A stretch of DNA of 62,481 nucleotides, counting the filler, from Choristocarpus tenellus KU-1152 (Eukaryota > Protista > Phaeophyceae): NCBI GenBank assembly GCA_964200185.2. It is 14 parts of 14 records of this genome, joined end to end, with 100 filler letters (N's around TTAATTAATTAA, not from the genome) between each part and the next. Parts side by side here need not be neighbours in the genome. Positions count along the whole stretch, not along the records: positions 1 to 4,675 come from CAXNAD020013509.1; positions 4,776 to 7,568 come from CAXNAD020024705.1; positions 7,669 to 10,195 come from CAXNAD020027050.1; positions 10,296 to 13,019 come from CAXNAD020025290.1; 10 more parts are not named here. The stretch is one strand, 5' to 3'. Position 1 is the first letter of the stretch; each line of letters opens with the position of its first letter. Below the pieces are notes generated by a model. The model did no database searches. It worked only from the letters and a program-made list of their open reading frames with translations, and was not told where the DNA came from. Position numbers and translations under genes: made by a program. Shown here one piece after another: positions 1-11,836 of the stretch.

Positions 1-191
1 CCCCCCCGATCTCCCCCCTTCCCCCCCCCCCCCCCCTTCCCATCCCCCTTTTTGGCCCCCCCCCCCCCCCCCCCCCCTCAGATACTTTGAGTCACATTTT
101 GGAGTTGGTAAATTGTCATAAAAACCCGTGGGAAGCCATGCCCCAAATGGACAAACAGGGCAAAATTCCTACCCTCTGAGATACTTCACTC

Positions 192-3100
192 ATGTGGCAC
201 TGGTAGGTCCTAAAGGAAGTCGTTTCTATACAAACTTGCCTTTATGGGTAAAAAAAGCAGTATTGTCGAGATTTTCTTCCACAACAGAAATTTGAGGGCA
301 TGCTGAATTGTATATCTGAAGCAGAGAGAAACTTTGCTACACCAATATAATTGAGATGTTCCTCAGCGAAAGGCATGAGTCAAAAATATTTAATGAGGTG
401 TTTGTTAATAGTCCTTCGAAAATCTGTGCAGGATATTGAAGTCCCATACCTTTGGCTACAATAGCAGCAGGAGATCCCCAAGGGCTAGATCGAGCTTCAA
501 TAACTCCTAACTCCATATATCTTCAACAGGCTTATCTATAGTACCTCTGACATGTGGATATGGTGCTCGGTCAAGAGGTGTGGTGCCTGGTTCGAGCGTA
601 ACATCCGCTTCAGCAATTGTGGAAGTTCCCAATTCTGAGGTGTTGAGGGAAAACAGTAAACGGGATCAAGCGTAAAGTTCCAGTGCTTCTTGCACTTGAT
701 AAGGGTGAAACATTTGTTTGTTGAAAGCAGGTTTCCGAAATGTTAAGATGAGTTTGTCGGGAAGGAGGCAAAGGGGTTGTTGAAGAAAGAGCTCTATTGT
801 GAGTGGGATTCTTGCTGTCTACTTCTGCGGAGCAGATGTGACCAATGAAGGTACCTTTAGTATATGGACTATTTGAGGAGACAAGTTTGTAAGTATACCC
901 AACCTTAGCCATCATAAGCATTCATATTGTCACTTTTTAGGAAATAGCAACAAATTGCCAAGGATCATGGGCATTGAATAGATCGATGTCATGGAATGAA
1001 CAGATATGTGGTTCTAAAACAGCATCACAAGTGGTGGATCGGGGTTAATCATCAAAAGTGGTGTATAAGCGCTTCTGACTCCAGGGAGATGGGGTTTTTT
1101 TCTGGAGACGAAATGCGGCAGGTAGAACGTTAGCATGTATAGCAGTGTTACTCTTTTGGAAGTCGAAGCATGCCAGTCAAATGTTGTTCCAAGGGCATCA
1201 AGAACACTGTTATCGACAGGAGGACATCGTCAGGGCCTTAGGTGGGCAATATCAAAGCTTCAACTGGAATGACTATGTGATATACCACCCAGCTGATGAT
1301 AAAATCTGCATGACGGTCAAGGTACTGCAATGTGCGGAACGTAGGTTGATTTCACCTGGTGGAATAGGTTTAGCACAGGAATACTGCAGGGCAGTGTAAG
1401 CACATATAGATACGGAAGAAATCTATGGGGGTTTACTAGGTGCGTTTAAAATTGATCTAGCAGGAGTAGACCAAATTTTCCTTCAATACGAATACATTTA
1501 CAAGTTGATTTGAGACACAAATGAAGAGAGGCATAGTTCAACAAGGCACTGGTGAACCATGTTGAAGTAGTAATATGATGAGGGTTACGTTTGCACCGGA
1601 CAATATTTTTTCTGGAGATACTGAGGAATAAACTGTGCCTGAGGTGCAAGGGGTACTGAGTGCATAATTGCAGACTTGGAGAGTGGTCCCCCTGGATGTG
1701 TGGGGCACTGGACTGTGGGGGATAAGCAGTCCATATGACTAAGACAAGAGTGAGTAAAGTTGGTGCCAGAGAAGCAGCCAGTGGGATTATTTTGCATTTG
1801 GAGTGCTCGCAAATGGGTAGGCGAGTGCCATTCAACTTTGGTTTCCATACTCTGGAAATATAGCATGCTAGCATTAGAATAAAAGATCAACCTTAAGTAG
1901 TCCATGCATTTGTTGAAATATCCCACACTGGACCCGCGGCTTCGGTGCTTTGATGAAGGACAATGAATAGCTTAATATAGATATGCAATATTATTAATAC
2001 AGGAGAGTTTATGGTCTCGATTCCGCTGACTGAATACGTGGGTGAGACAAGTGCAGACTACCATGTGGGATTTGCAACGTCCACATAGATAATAAGAAAA
2101 TAATCATATCTACGTACATACGTGCCATATGTGATATATCAACGGATGATCCAATATCAGGTCCCTACCATACACGAACTACCATACACGAACGTTGTGT
2201 AGAGCTCAACTGAAATATACGGAAACATATATCTGGCTTTACGTTTCCTCCATTACTCCACTAGTGGTGTCTGCATTTCCTAATCTACTCGACCGATGGT
2301 GTCTATAGTGTATCAGCAGCACTATCTACGAACAGCATGCACTGTCAATGGTCGATTTATCATGTTGTGAATCGTTAAGTTGAAGTTTGACATGTATGTG
2401 TGGAAATATGTTAGAAGCGTAGGCACATCAATCTTGGGGGAAGGAAGGCGTCTGTCTTTAGGGAAGGTTAGCTAACGACATTTTTTGGCAAAGAGGTTGA
2501 GTTGGAGATAGATCCAGACTGCCCCACATTAGTCATATCCCTTGTTTCTGTGAGATCCCGAACAAGGTCCATGTTTGGCGGACGCTTGACCTTGACTGCC
2601 TCTCCTAATTTCACATTGATCAAATCCATACATAAGTCTATAATAGTTGACAGTTGTGGAACTTTTGAGGATATCTGTGACGACACTAATGAGATATTCA
2701 GGTGCTTTTGCGGACCAGGTGGATTAGTTGTTACGATCTGTGTATATAATTGCTGGACGACTCGCTGATCCACCACCTGGCAATCCGTGTCGTCAAAGAT
2801 TCCTGATGTTTGGTGGAGAAGTTTCCCCCCATCCTCGAGGGGAACCTTATCAAAGGAATGAGGGTCTTGGTCGTGAAATAGTGGCAAAAGGTGTTTGACT
2901 GACTCGTTTTCTCCGAATTCCCCGGCCATAAAGATTCGAAGACGCTTCTCAGTGGTGTGGAAAGTAGTATTTGATCTCATGGATCGAACTATATGCCAAA
3001 TCAGGGTGATTGTGGCATAAATACCAAGGACAGGTGTGGGGTGCTCGAAGTATGGGCAATGTACTATGAGTGTCCCAAAGAACTAGCGAAGTACTTATCC

Positions 3101-4630
3101 ACTTCAGAACTGCTGGGCGTTCGTCACCACTGCAAACCAGGTGGAAACAGGTAGATTGGCTCTTCAGTCTGAAGAGGAGTAGGAAATACCGACACTGTAG
3201 GAATGGAAGAGGTAGAAACAAGGCAGGAAGGCAAGCAATACTCAGCAGGTCACTCGGGAAAGAGTAACAAGTGAAGAGAATGAGGGGGACTTGTAAGCTC
3301 CACTGAACAACCCGATATTGATGTCATTAGGAAGCAATCCTGATATCATACGAGGAAACAGACAGTAAGGTGTACCTTTAAAGTCAATACAAGTAGAAGG
3401 TTCTTTATTCAGCTACTCTCGCACAGTAGTTAACAAAACAATAGAGTTAGGGCAGGTTCAGCAGGATAAGAACACTGTGTTCATATCAGCCGTAAAATAC
3501 CAACAGGGTGTGCAAATGAGTGTCACACAGCGCATTATTTGCCACTTCAGCAAGCTTCCCACTAATGATGAACTACGGTATGCATGAGAAGAATACAATT
3601 TCAGTTTCGTCTTACAAAACTCAACAATCAAACAAAATGAACTTCTAGGAAATTTCACTCTCGGTGTCAATGACCAACTCTGGGACAATCCTGTGCTGAC
3701 TGCGGTGTCTGTACGAAACTTTGACCTTCCAAGTGACAGTTTGGAATTTCAAACTGTGATGAAACCATTGCAGCTCAAGGACTTCTAGGCCGACCATCCC
3801 CTCAACAGTGTTTGGTGAAGTCGCTAGACTACAAGTAGAGACGAAGGGGGGGTTATCTTAATAATAGCATTAATTACTTTGTGTCTAGTGATAGCTAATG
3901 GCATCGTCAGCCTTGGCTGGGGCAAAATTTTGAACAGAAGATTGCAGTAGATTTCAAGGAGGTTTTCGTAACCTAGTCGATTTTGGTTTGGGGCACTTTG
4001 GCAAAACATGGTATGCTGATTGTTTGATCATACATGTGTAATGATAAATGTGAAAAAACAATGCTTGTTTACATATATTTATGTCACATGTATAATCCAC
4101 GTCACTACTACACCCTTGCACAAGTACAACTTATCTTAGTACTCAACCTGTTGCCTATCATTTCATACCACATCGACCGTGTATCTAATTAATTCCTGTA
4201 TACCAGGCAATAACATTGGGTAGTCAAGCTTCTCTCCTAGTGTGGAGATTGGAGAGGAACAAAACCAATCCAGGGGGCCTGCAAGCATATTATATTCTGA
4301 AGAAGGTGAGTACCATCCATCATGAGCCTCTTCAAATTGAGTGAGCAAAATTATAGGACTTACGACTTCAACCTGTACAATGTTTGATGTTCCTGTAGAG
4401 GTCTCTAGCATGAAGGAATATAAAATCTTGTTGATCTCGCAAATTATGAAAAACAATCTTGAACTATCTTCAGCATTATTCATGGCGCATCTTCTATACA
4501 CCTCGTAAGTCTACATCATCCCCTCCTTTTACATATAGTTCGAATCCTGACTTCAAAATCCCATCCCAAAAAGCTCTGTTGAGCAGAACATGGAGGGGAG
4601 GAGGAAGATTTTGGAAGCAGTACGTCATAA
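192..4630 (-). mobile_element. Degenerate Ty3/Gypsy LTR retrotransposon (gag-like, protease-like, RT N-terminus)
   Basis: Minus strand ~560->192 reads, with frameshifts and stops, GVIEARSSPWGSPAAIVAK..CTDFRRTINKHLIK..KFLSASDIQ..ENLDNTAFFTHKGKFV*KRLPLG, matching Gypsy RT motifs (SPWxSP, DYR, TAF, RMPFG). A retropepsin-like segment lies at ~1170-1450 and gag-like ORFs at 1585-1926 and 2468-2980. RT is cut by a MITE at 191. The upstream boundary is uncertain. Confidence 0.8.
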
Positions 4631-4675
4631 AGTCTCAAAGTATCTGGGAGGGGGTGGCGGCTGTCCATTTGGGGT

Positions 4676-4775
4676 NNNNNNNNNNNNNNNNNNNNNNNNN
4701 NNNNNNNNNNNNNNNNNNNTTAATTAATTAANNNNNNNNNNNNNNNNNNNNNNNNNNNNNNNNNNNNNNNNNNNN
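4676..4775. other. Artificial contig linker (N-TTAATTAATTAA-N, stops in all six frames); first of 13
   Basis: Identical 100-nt spacers also at 7569, 10196, 13020, 15702, 18322, 21021, 28516, 38877, 42926, 46702, 54146 and 58744. Adjacent contigs are not necessarily neighbours in the genome. Confidence 0.97.
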
Positions 4776-7520
4776 CACCTTCGACGCCATAAGAGCCCCT
4801 GAATGAATAGAAGGCGGGAGCGAGCGTGTGGGTCCGGCATGCATCAAACTTGACAGTGACATCACACAAGCAGTTATCGTTGGGATTCATAAAATCGCAT
4901 ACCACTAACATTATAATAGTACAACGAGTGTGGAACGCAAGGTAAATAACTAATGCAAAAATGCAAACAATAGGAAATTCTGTAATAGAAGGAAAGACGG
5001 CAAAATAATGTAGTGAAGAAAAGTAACACCAGCATGCGATTCGCGGACAATGAAACAAAGAACTACGAAGGACCCGGGGGAAAGAGCAAGAGACACAAAA
5101 GGAAATAGAAGGTATGAAGACGATCAAACAACATGGGGAAAGCGAAAAAGACACACGAAATAATCCGCATCTCTTGAACGGCCGCACAATGTCCGATGGA
5201 CACACGGACGGAATGATAACGGCCCTGGCGGATTGCAACAGTCTCCCGCAATACACCCCGTATTTCAGCGCTGGCGAACTCTGCAACTCACTGTCTAGGC
5301 AGTGTGCTTGCGCGGCCCACAGGTGGGCACAAATGACGCGATGGTGCCCTGAGGATGTATCTTCACCTGCAAGCACTTAACCACCTGGTGCAAGTGTGTG
5401 TTGGTCGCCTCTTCGTCGTTGACGAGTCTTGGCTAGGCGGCAATGGACACTATGGCGAGCTTTGACGCGTTGCGGAAGGCGAACTACTCTTTCACGCCGT
5501 CTAAGGGTAGTGTTGGGTCGAGAGGGCGAAGGTCGTGTAGTGCAGTGTTCTCAGTCCTGGTTGGACATCATGACACACGACACAGTACACAGACAGAACG
5601 ACAAGAAGGATAGCGTTGTAAGCAACGGTGCAGGTAATCGTATCATTAAGTGAGGTCCTGACAATATTTCCCCGGCATCCCCAAAATGTCAAGCCGTACC
5701 CTCCACAATGCCAGACCCATCAGATACATCAATGCCAGACCCATCAGATACATCTCATGGAAGGAGGAGAGACGTCAAGACATTAAGTTCCATGGCCCAT
5801 GGAAACCTCTAAAAAAACGTCACATCGAACACACAGAGGACGAGCAATCCACATTATGTACAAGCAACCAAGACCCACATGCAAACCAACGCGAAACCAA
5901 ATACACAGAGACGACTTGTATGTCCGTATAATGTGCAACCACGCCGAGACCCGCATGCACTTCTCCACGTCCGCCTTTTCGCTGCGTGAGGGGGGACGTA
6001 AAAGGCTTTGCCTGCTGGGTGACCCGCCCGTGCTCCTTTCGTGACCCTTACCCTTGCCCTCGCCCCTGCCCCGACCCGCCGCTTTGTTCCCCACCGATCT
6101 AGACCCTTCACTGCCCTCCTGTGCTATGGGGCAATTGATTCATAATCGATCCTTGTGCCTCTCGTCGCCCACATTCTCCACGTAGGCACATTCGCCCATG
6201 TGCGTGATGGAGCACTTTGGGCATGAATACCTGTCGCACGTGGCATCAAACGAGAGCGTCAAACAGGCAGGATAGTATTTTTCCAACTCATTAATTGGGC
6301 GCAACAACGCAACGCGGGGATCCAAGGTTACGAAGGACCACGAAATTGGCGGCGCAAAACAATACGAAGTAGTACAGGTGAGATACAGAGTGAAAGTATC
6401 TTAGAGGGTACGAGTTTTGCCCTGTTTGTCCATTTGAGGCTTTGCTTCTCTTGGGGGTTTTCATCACATTTTTCTACTCCAAAATGTTTAGGAGTAGGTA
6501 AAATGTATATGATATGAAACGGTGTATCCAGAACGTGGATATTTACACTTCCTAACAAACACATTAGCCAAAATTACATGAAAATCGCCAAATTGAATTT
6601 TGACCCCCAAATGGACGCGGCTTTACCCTCTAAGCTACTTTGGCTCTACAACAGTCGGTGATGTACATGCATTAACACACAATCGGGCTGTGGCAAACAA
6701 AGAGACGTGGGGGTAGCAACCGCAGCGCCACACATAGAGGGACCCCGCAAGATCCACCGGTTCAATGGCGTGCACCGCTGAAGCAAGACAACCTAGTTAG
6801 CCGTTCGGGGGATTGGATGAAAACCAATCTTACACCATTAATTACCCGCCATCCCCGTGTGCACCATTACAACTACATTACTCACTGAGACGTAGGTGGA
6901 GGATTGCATTCAGTACAGCAAACGCCCGCGTTCCAGCCTCCATGGCCGTTTTGTTCTTCTTCCACACCAGGAACGCTGTTGACAGAACCCCCTTCGCCCG
7001 TATCCTCCCTGTCTGGCAGTCCGTCCCCTCCCTCGTCTCCGTCCCCTCCTTTGTGTTCGCACCCTCCCTCATCTTCTTTCTCACGGCCATCTGATGCCGA
7101 TCTGTTGTTGCTCTCGACATCTGCACCGCCGTCATCACCGCCCCGCCCGCTGTGAACCTGGTGGAGGTTGACCTGGTTGAGGACATCCTGGTATTTCCCA
7201 TCCCAGGTTGTGAGATAAGCGCATACAGTCGAGTCCTTGTCGAGAATCTGGTGGTGGACAAGGTGGAGAACGTTGTTGAGGAGAGGAGGGGACGATGGTG
7301 ATGTCAAAAATGGGAGAGTGTAATGGAAGAACGATAGCATGTCAATTGAACAGAGCAAACGATACGGTTGACATGGTGAACGTGTTTAATGGAGGCGCAC
7401 TTTCGGGGCGAAATAGTTTGAAATAAGTCCATGTCGAGGACGCCAGCCCGTCTGTAGGTTATGACAGTGACACGTGTTGGAGGCGGAAACGAGGTGGAGA
7501 TTGACCAAGATCTTGCCTAT
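4776..7520 (-). pseudogene. Intron-containing, disrupted Cys-rich coding sequence of unknown (possibly transposon) origin
   Basis: Exon-like blocks with AG/GT borders: GKILVNLHLVSASNTCHCHNL, ILDKDSTVCAYLTTWDGKY plus an acidic tract, SLYVWRCGCYPH, CDRYSCPKCSITHMGECAYV and NCLCDVTVKFDA. Stops occur in the 5200-5550 part and a MITE is inserted at 6388. Confidence 0.4.
6388..6646. mobile_element. MITE family A, full length (259 bp)
   Basis: TIRs GAGTGAAAGTATCTTAGAGGGTA / TACCCTCTAAGCTACTTTGGCTC; flanked by the 4-bp direct repeat TACA (6384-6387, 6647-6650). Confidence 0.9.
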
Positions 7521-8304
7521 AGTTGAAGGCAACGGTTGGCTATTCCCGCTATTAGCAACGAAAGCCGANNNNNNNNNNNNNNNNNNNNNNNNNNNNNNNN
7601 NNNNNNNNNNNNTTAATTAATTAANNNNNNNNNNNNNNNNNNNNNNNNNNNNNNNNNNNNNNNNNNNNCCCCCCCCTCCCAGATACTTTGGGTCTCTCAC
7701 CAGTCAACGAAAAACTCTCCTATCACCACCTTTTGCCTCCATCCAAACAGGAGACATCAACCTCTTATCCCCCTTGTACCGTCGATGAGTTGAGGAGATA
7801 CCATACTCAACACCCCCCAGCTCTTGGACTAAGAGCAGGCTTGCTTTTCTAGTGCTTGGGCGGATGTGAGGGGGAATACTGCAGATGGGAGTTGCTCCCT
7901 CCTTGAAAGGGGAAAAAATGGTTAGGGGGGTTCAAAGTGGACTGCACGTGCCAAGTACTCCGAAGTACATATCACCATCCCACTCAAATGAGACTGGTAA
8001 ACCCACCCCACGATTACACATGGTAAGAGTCGGGTAAAGTTAATTGCAATTCCATAAGCGTATTGATAACCTTTACATATAACGCCTCGTTGAAGATAAT
8101 TGCTTCTGGGTTTACATAGTACACATACTCTGATGATTAATATCCTACGGGGTCCTATCGTTTGTCATCTACGAACTGAGGTACGAACAAAGACTGTCTA
8201 ATCATACAGCTATGTACGAGGCTACTATGTATTGTACCGAACATTACATTAATGTACATGAAACTGTCACACTGTCATACATGCTTGTACATATATTATT
8301 AAGC

Positions 8305-8441
8305 ATATATTATTAAGCCCTCTGACATTTTGCAGATGTGTCAGGGAAAACGTCAATTCCACAGGTCAACCTCTAATTGCAACTATCTCGTTCTATATAG
8401 GGTGCTTGTTTCGGTAAAATGCCAGAGGGCATAATAATATA
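8305..8441. mobile_element. Short TIR element, repeat family C
   Basis: Inverted ends ATATATTATTAAGCCCTCTGACATTTT ... AAAATGCCAGAGGGCATAATAATATAT; the same end motif recurs at ~40110, ~40221 and ~42027. Confidence 0.55.
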
Positions 8442-8852
8442 TATAGGGTGCTTACTTCTGACAACAAATTCAGATTAAATCTTATGACTTCGGCTTCAAG
8501 TTGTAACATTTGGCGCCTATCTCAAAAACTCAGCTGTTGGCACCCACATGAAAGTTGGAGGCATTGTCGAGTCCTGTTAGTTCTCCGAATTTTAGAGGTT
8601 GCACAAGGAGAGTGAGAAAACCACAATCGGTTCCCAGAGAGGGGGGGGGGGAGGGCAACCAAAGATGGGGCAAGGGTCTGCACGGCTGCAGCGACAAGGA
8701 AACTGGACTTGAATGCTGCCAGACAGAAAACTCAAGAGGTTAGGGAAGCAGATGCCCAAGAGCAAATGGGAAAACTCAAATGGAACGGAATAGAGGTGCT
8801 TTCCAACGAGCCGCCAGCATGTCCTGCTTACCCTGTACTACCAATTCGTTAT

Positions 8853-9107
8853 GAGTGAAAGTATCTTAGAGGGTACGAGTTTTGCCCTGTTTGTCCGTTT
8901 GAGGCTTGACCTTCACCGGGTTTTTATGGCATCTTACCTACTCCGAAATTGGGAGTATGTAACATGTGTACGTTATGGAAAGGTGTGTTCGGAACAAGGA
9001 TATTGACACTTCCTAACAAACACGATAGCCGAAATTAAATCAATATCGCAAGGATGGATTTTGGCCCCCAAACGAACGTGGCTCTACCCTCTAAGATACT
9101 TTGACTC
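8853..9107. mobile_element. MITE family A, full length
   Basis: GAGTGAAAGTATCTTAGAGGGTA ... TACCCTCTAAGATACTTTGACTC; interior homologous to 6388-6646. Confidence 0.9.
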
Positions 9108-9399
9108 ATCTACAACCATATATGGGTCTGTAGACGTTGACACGTCAAGCAGCATTTATATACGGTTGTAGATGATTGCATATGAGTGATAGGTCTGGTT
9201 CTTATTGTTTGCTTACTATACGTGGAAGTTGTACCTTTGCGTATTGATACTGCGTTATGGCGGTCTAACAGTAAATGAACAAGGAGAGAGCGTCTTGTCT
9301 GACACGAGCTCACTCCATGGTCTAAACTAATACATATGAATACATAATCAGAACAGAACCCTTGTGAGCCCAGAAGGGTGGAGTCCTTACATCAGAAGA

Positions 9400-10060
9400 A
9401 CATCTGAGGCGTGAGCGCTCATAGGCCACACCAAGTCGGTAGAGGGTGTTTGCCTGGTAGCAGGAGTGGGATACGAGAGGATTTTCCGCATTATGAAAAC
9501 TTGGAAGGAAAAAGGGGAGAACTTTTGCACCTCTGGGGCTGGGAGGGGAATTGTTCAAGTGGACTCCAATAAAAGGTGCAAACTCTTTAAACCATAGGTC
9601 AATGGCATGGGACTCTTCATCTTTACACAGCACTCATTGAAAATGTGGTCTTCCGTCAGGATTTGGTGATCTGGGTGAAGACAAGCTTGGGCTTAGAACT
9701 CTCATTGAGGGGTCTGGGTACCATCCTGAAGCACTTGAGCTATATGTGGAGAAGGGGTCGAATCAAGATCCTACCTCTGACACAGGAGAGGACAGCACAT
9801 GTTCGCGGGTTCTCGGTTGAATGCTGGGGGTTGAAGGGGGTGCTGTTATCGTCTACATGGACGATTTGTTTTGCCGTCAGTTGCATTCTCAACACACTCC
9901 CTACTTCAAGAGACAGGACAATCAGGCAAGGTTGACGATAAGATGGGATGGACCACTGGGAAGGGACCGAGGGTGATAATGACAATGGCCATCACAAAGG
10001 ATCATCCATTGGTTTCAGTGTATAGAGATGGGGAACCCATCAGCCAGGGGCGGTGAAATT
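9400..10060 (+). pseudogene. IS630/Tc1-like DDE transposase remnant (HTH plus first catalytic Asp region)
   Basis: Frameshifted translation LSLRGLGTILKHLSYMWRRGRIK..ERTAHVRGF, then AVIVYMDDLFCRQLHS and TTGKGPRVIMTMAITKD, matching the IS630/Tc1 pattern IVYxDES...KGxRxIxxHAIT. Truncated by a family B MITE at 10125. Confidence 0.7.
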
Positions 10061-11598
10061 CTAAGTCCCCCGCCAAGACTACTGATATCGAGGCAGTGGA
10101 ATTGTTGGGAAAAGTTAGAACAAAGGCTCAAAGTATCTGGGAGGGGGTAGCGGCTGTCCATTTGGGGGTCAATTTTTTCATGCCGCGATTTTTGGNNNNN
10201 NNNNNNNNNNNNNNNNNNNNNNNNNNNNNNNNNNNNNNNTTAATTAATTAANNNNNNNNNNNNNNNNNNNNNNNNNNNNNNNNNNNNNNNNNNNNGGGGG
10301 GGGGGGGGGGGGGTGTGGTGGGGGGGGGGGGGGGGGGGTGGGGGTGTGGGGTGGGGGGGGGGGTTTCTTTGGGGGCTCATGAGATGTGTGCCACTATATC
10401 GTGTGTGTGTGCTTGTGCTTGTGCTCACTTTCTTATGTTTCTTTTTGTGGTATGTGATGTGACAGTGTATGGTCTTCTCCCTAATCTTTGCTCCCTGTTG
10501 CAGAGTGAAATTAATGATATGTGTCTGAACCAAGTTTGTTGGGTCCTTGCTTCACAATTTGCTTTATTAGTTGTAGTAGAAGTGTTTCGTTTTTTATAGC
10601 ACAGTAGTGTGTAAAGCACCATCACACCATGGAAGAGAGGTAGATGCGATACGCCAGGCGACGTCTCTTGAAAAGTGGTGTATGTAGCGGCAGGGGAGTG
10701 GTACAAAAATGCCCCCTTTTCTACTCTGTCCTGGTTTGGTTATGTTGTCACAGATGGATATTGACTTGGGCAACTTTCTTCCTGTCAGTGCACTCATTCC
10801 CTGTGTGCTATTTATGAGGTCTAGTTGGTACTCAACAACTCTTGTGCATATTATTTAGGAGAGGACAGGGGAAGGGCAGTAAAAATCTCCACTTAGGTGT
10901 GTCAGGATGTTTTTTGCATTATGGAGGATGGGGCAGGAGGAGATGGAGTGGTGTGTACTGGTTTATGTTTTTTCTTTGGCAGTGGTTGTTGTTTGGTGGT
11001 GGTAACAAGAATAAATCTCGCATATACACCTATTCCTGGACATTCAAGTGTAAATGGTACAATACCGATAGGGGAGGGGAGAGGTAGTCAAGTTGGTCCA
11101 CTTCTATACCCACACACAAGAGTAAGTATGAATCCATTATTGATCACATTGGTATGTACCTTGCTACAAGTATAAACCTCTCCTGGTCCATTCTCGTACT
11201 CTGATATGCTGTACCTAGTGTAGTTAGTGTTGCTCCTATATTACTGTGTACTAGTTCTCCAGTGGTTCAAGTAGTTCTCTATGGTTAGTCTCACATTTGG
11301 ATTTTTCATTCTGCAATACAGTGGTGAGTCAACATGTGCATTACCTACAACAGAATACTAGGGTTACGAATAATATATATTAGAAATTACGGTTCGAATG
11401 TCTCGAGATTGACCATCAAAATCCATGGGACAGATTATTTTCTGGAACAAAAAAATAACTATTTGGAGTGTGTTGAGGGTAAGGGTCACACAGGTAGCTC
11501 ACTGAACTCTTGGGTAAGTCGTAGGTGAGTATATCTGGATATTCTGAGGATGGGGTGGTATGTACCCACGGAGGAGATCAAAGGTAGTATGATGTCGA

Positions 11599-11836
11599 GA
11601 GTGAAAGTATCTAGTTTGTCCGTTTCGGGCTTGACTTCCCACTGTTTTTTAATGACAATTTACCTCCTCAGAAATGTTTCGAAGTAAGTAAAATGTGTAC
11701 ATTATGAAAAGGTGTGCCCGGAACAGGGATATTGGCACTTCCTAGCAAACACGATAGCCAAAATTACATCAAAATTACAACATTGGATTTTGGTCCCCAA
11801 ACGGACACAACTCTACCCTCTAAGATGCTCTAACTC
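11599..11836. mobile_element. MITE family A with short internal deletion near one end
   Basis: GAGTGAAAGTATCTAG...CCCTCTAAGATGCTCTAACTC; interior homologous to the other A copies. Confidence 0.85.

Noticed and set aside
4720-4731. Recurrent TTAATTAATTAA palindrome
   Set aside because: Assembly linker embedded in Ns; ORFs running into it are artefacts.
6328-6564. Recurring small ORFs such as MLGSVNIHV..PTPKHFGV (also 41173, 43443, 45135, 50213, 51087) resembling a peptide family
   Set aside because: These are chance translations of the non-coding MITE A; frames and stops differ between copies.
9850-9870. YMDD motif suggesting a reverse transcriptase active site
   Set aside because: Flanking motifs fit the first Asp of an IS630/Tc1 transposase (IVYxDE); no other RT motifs are nearby.
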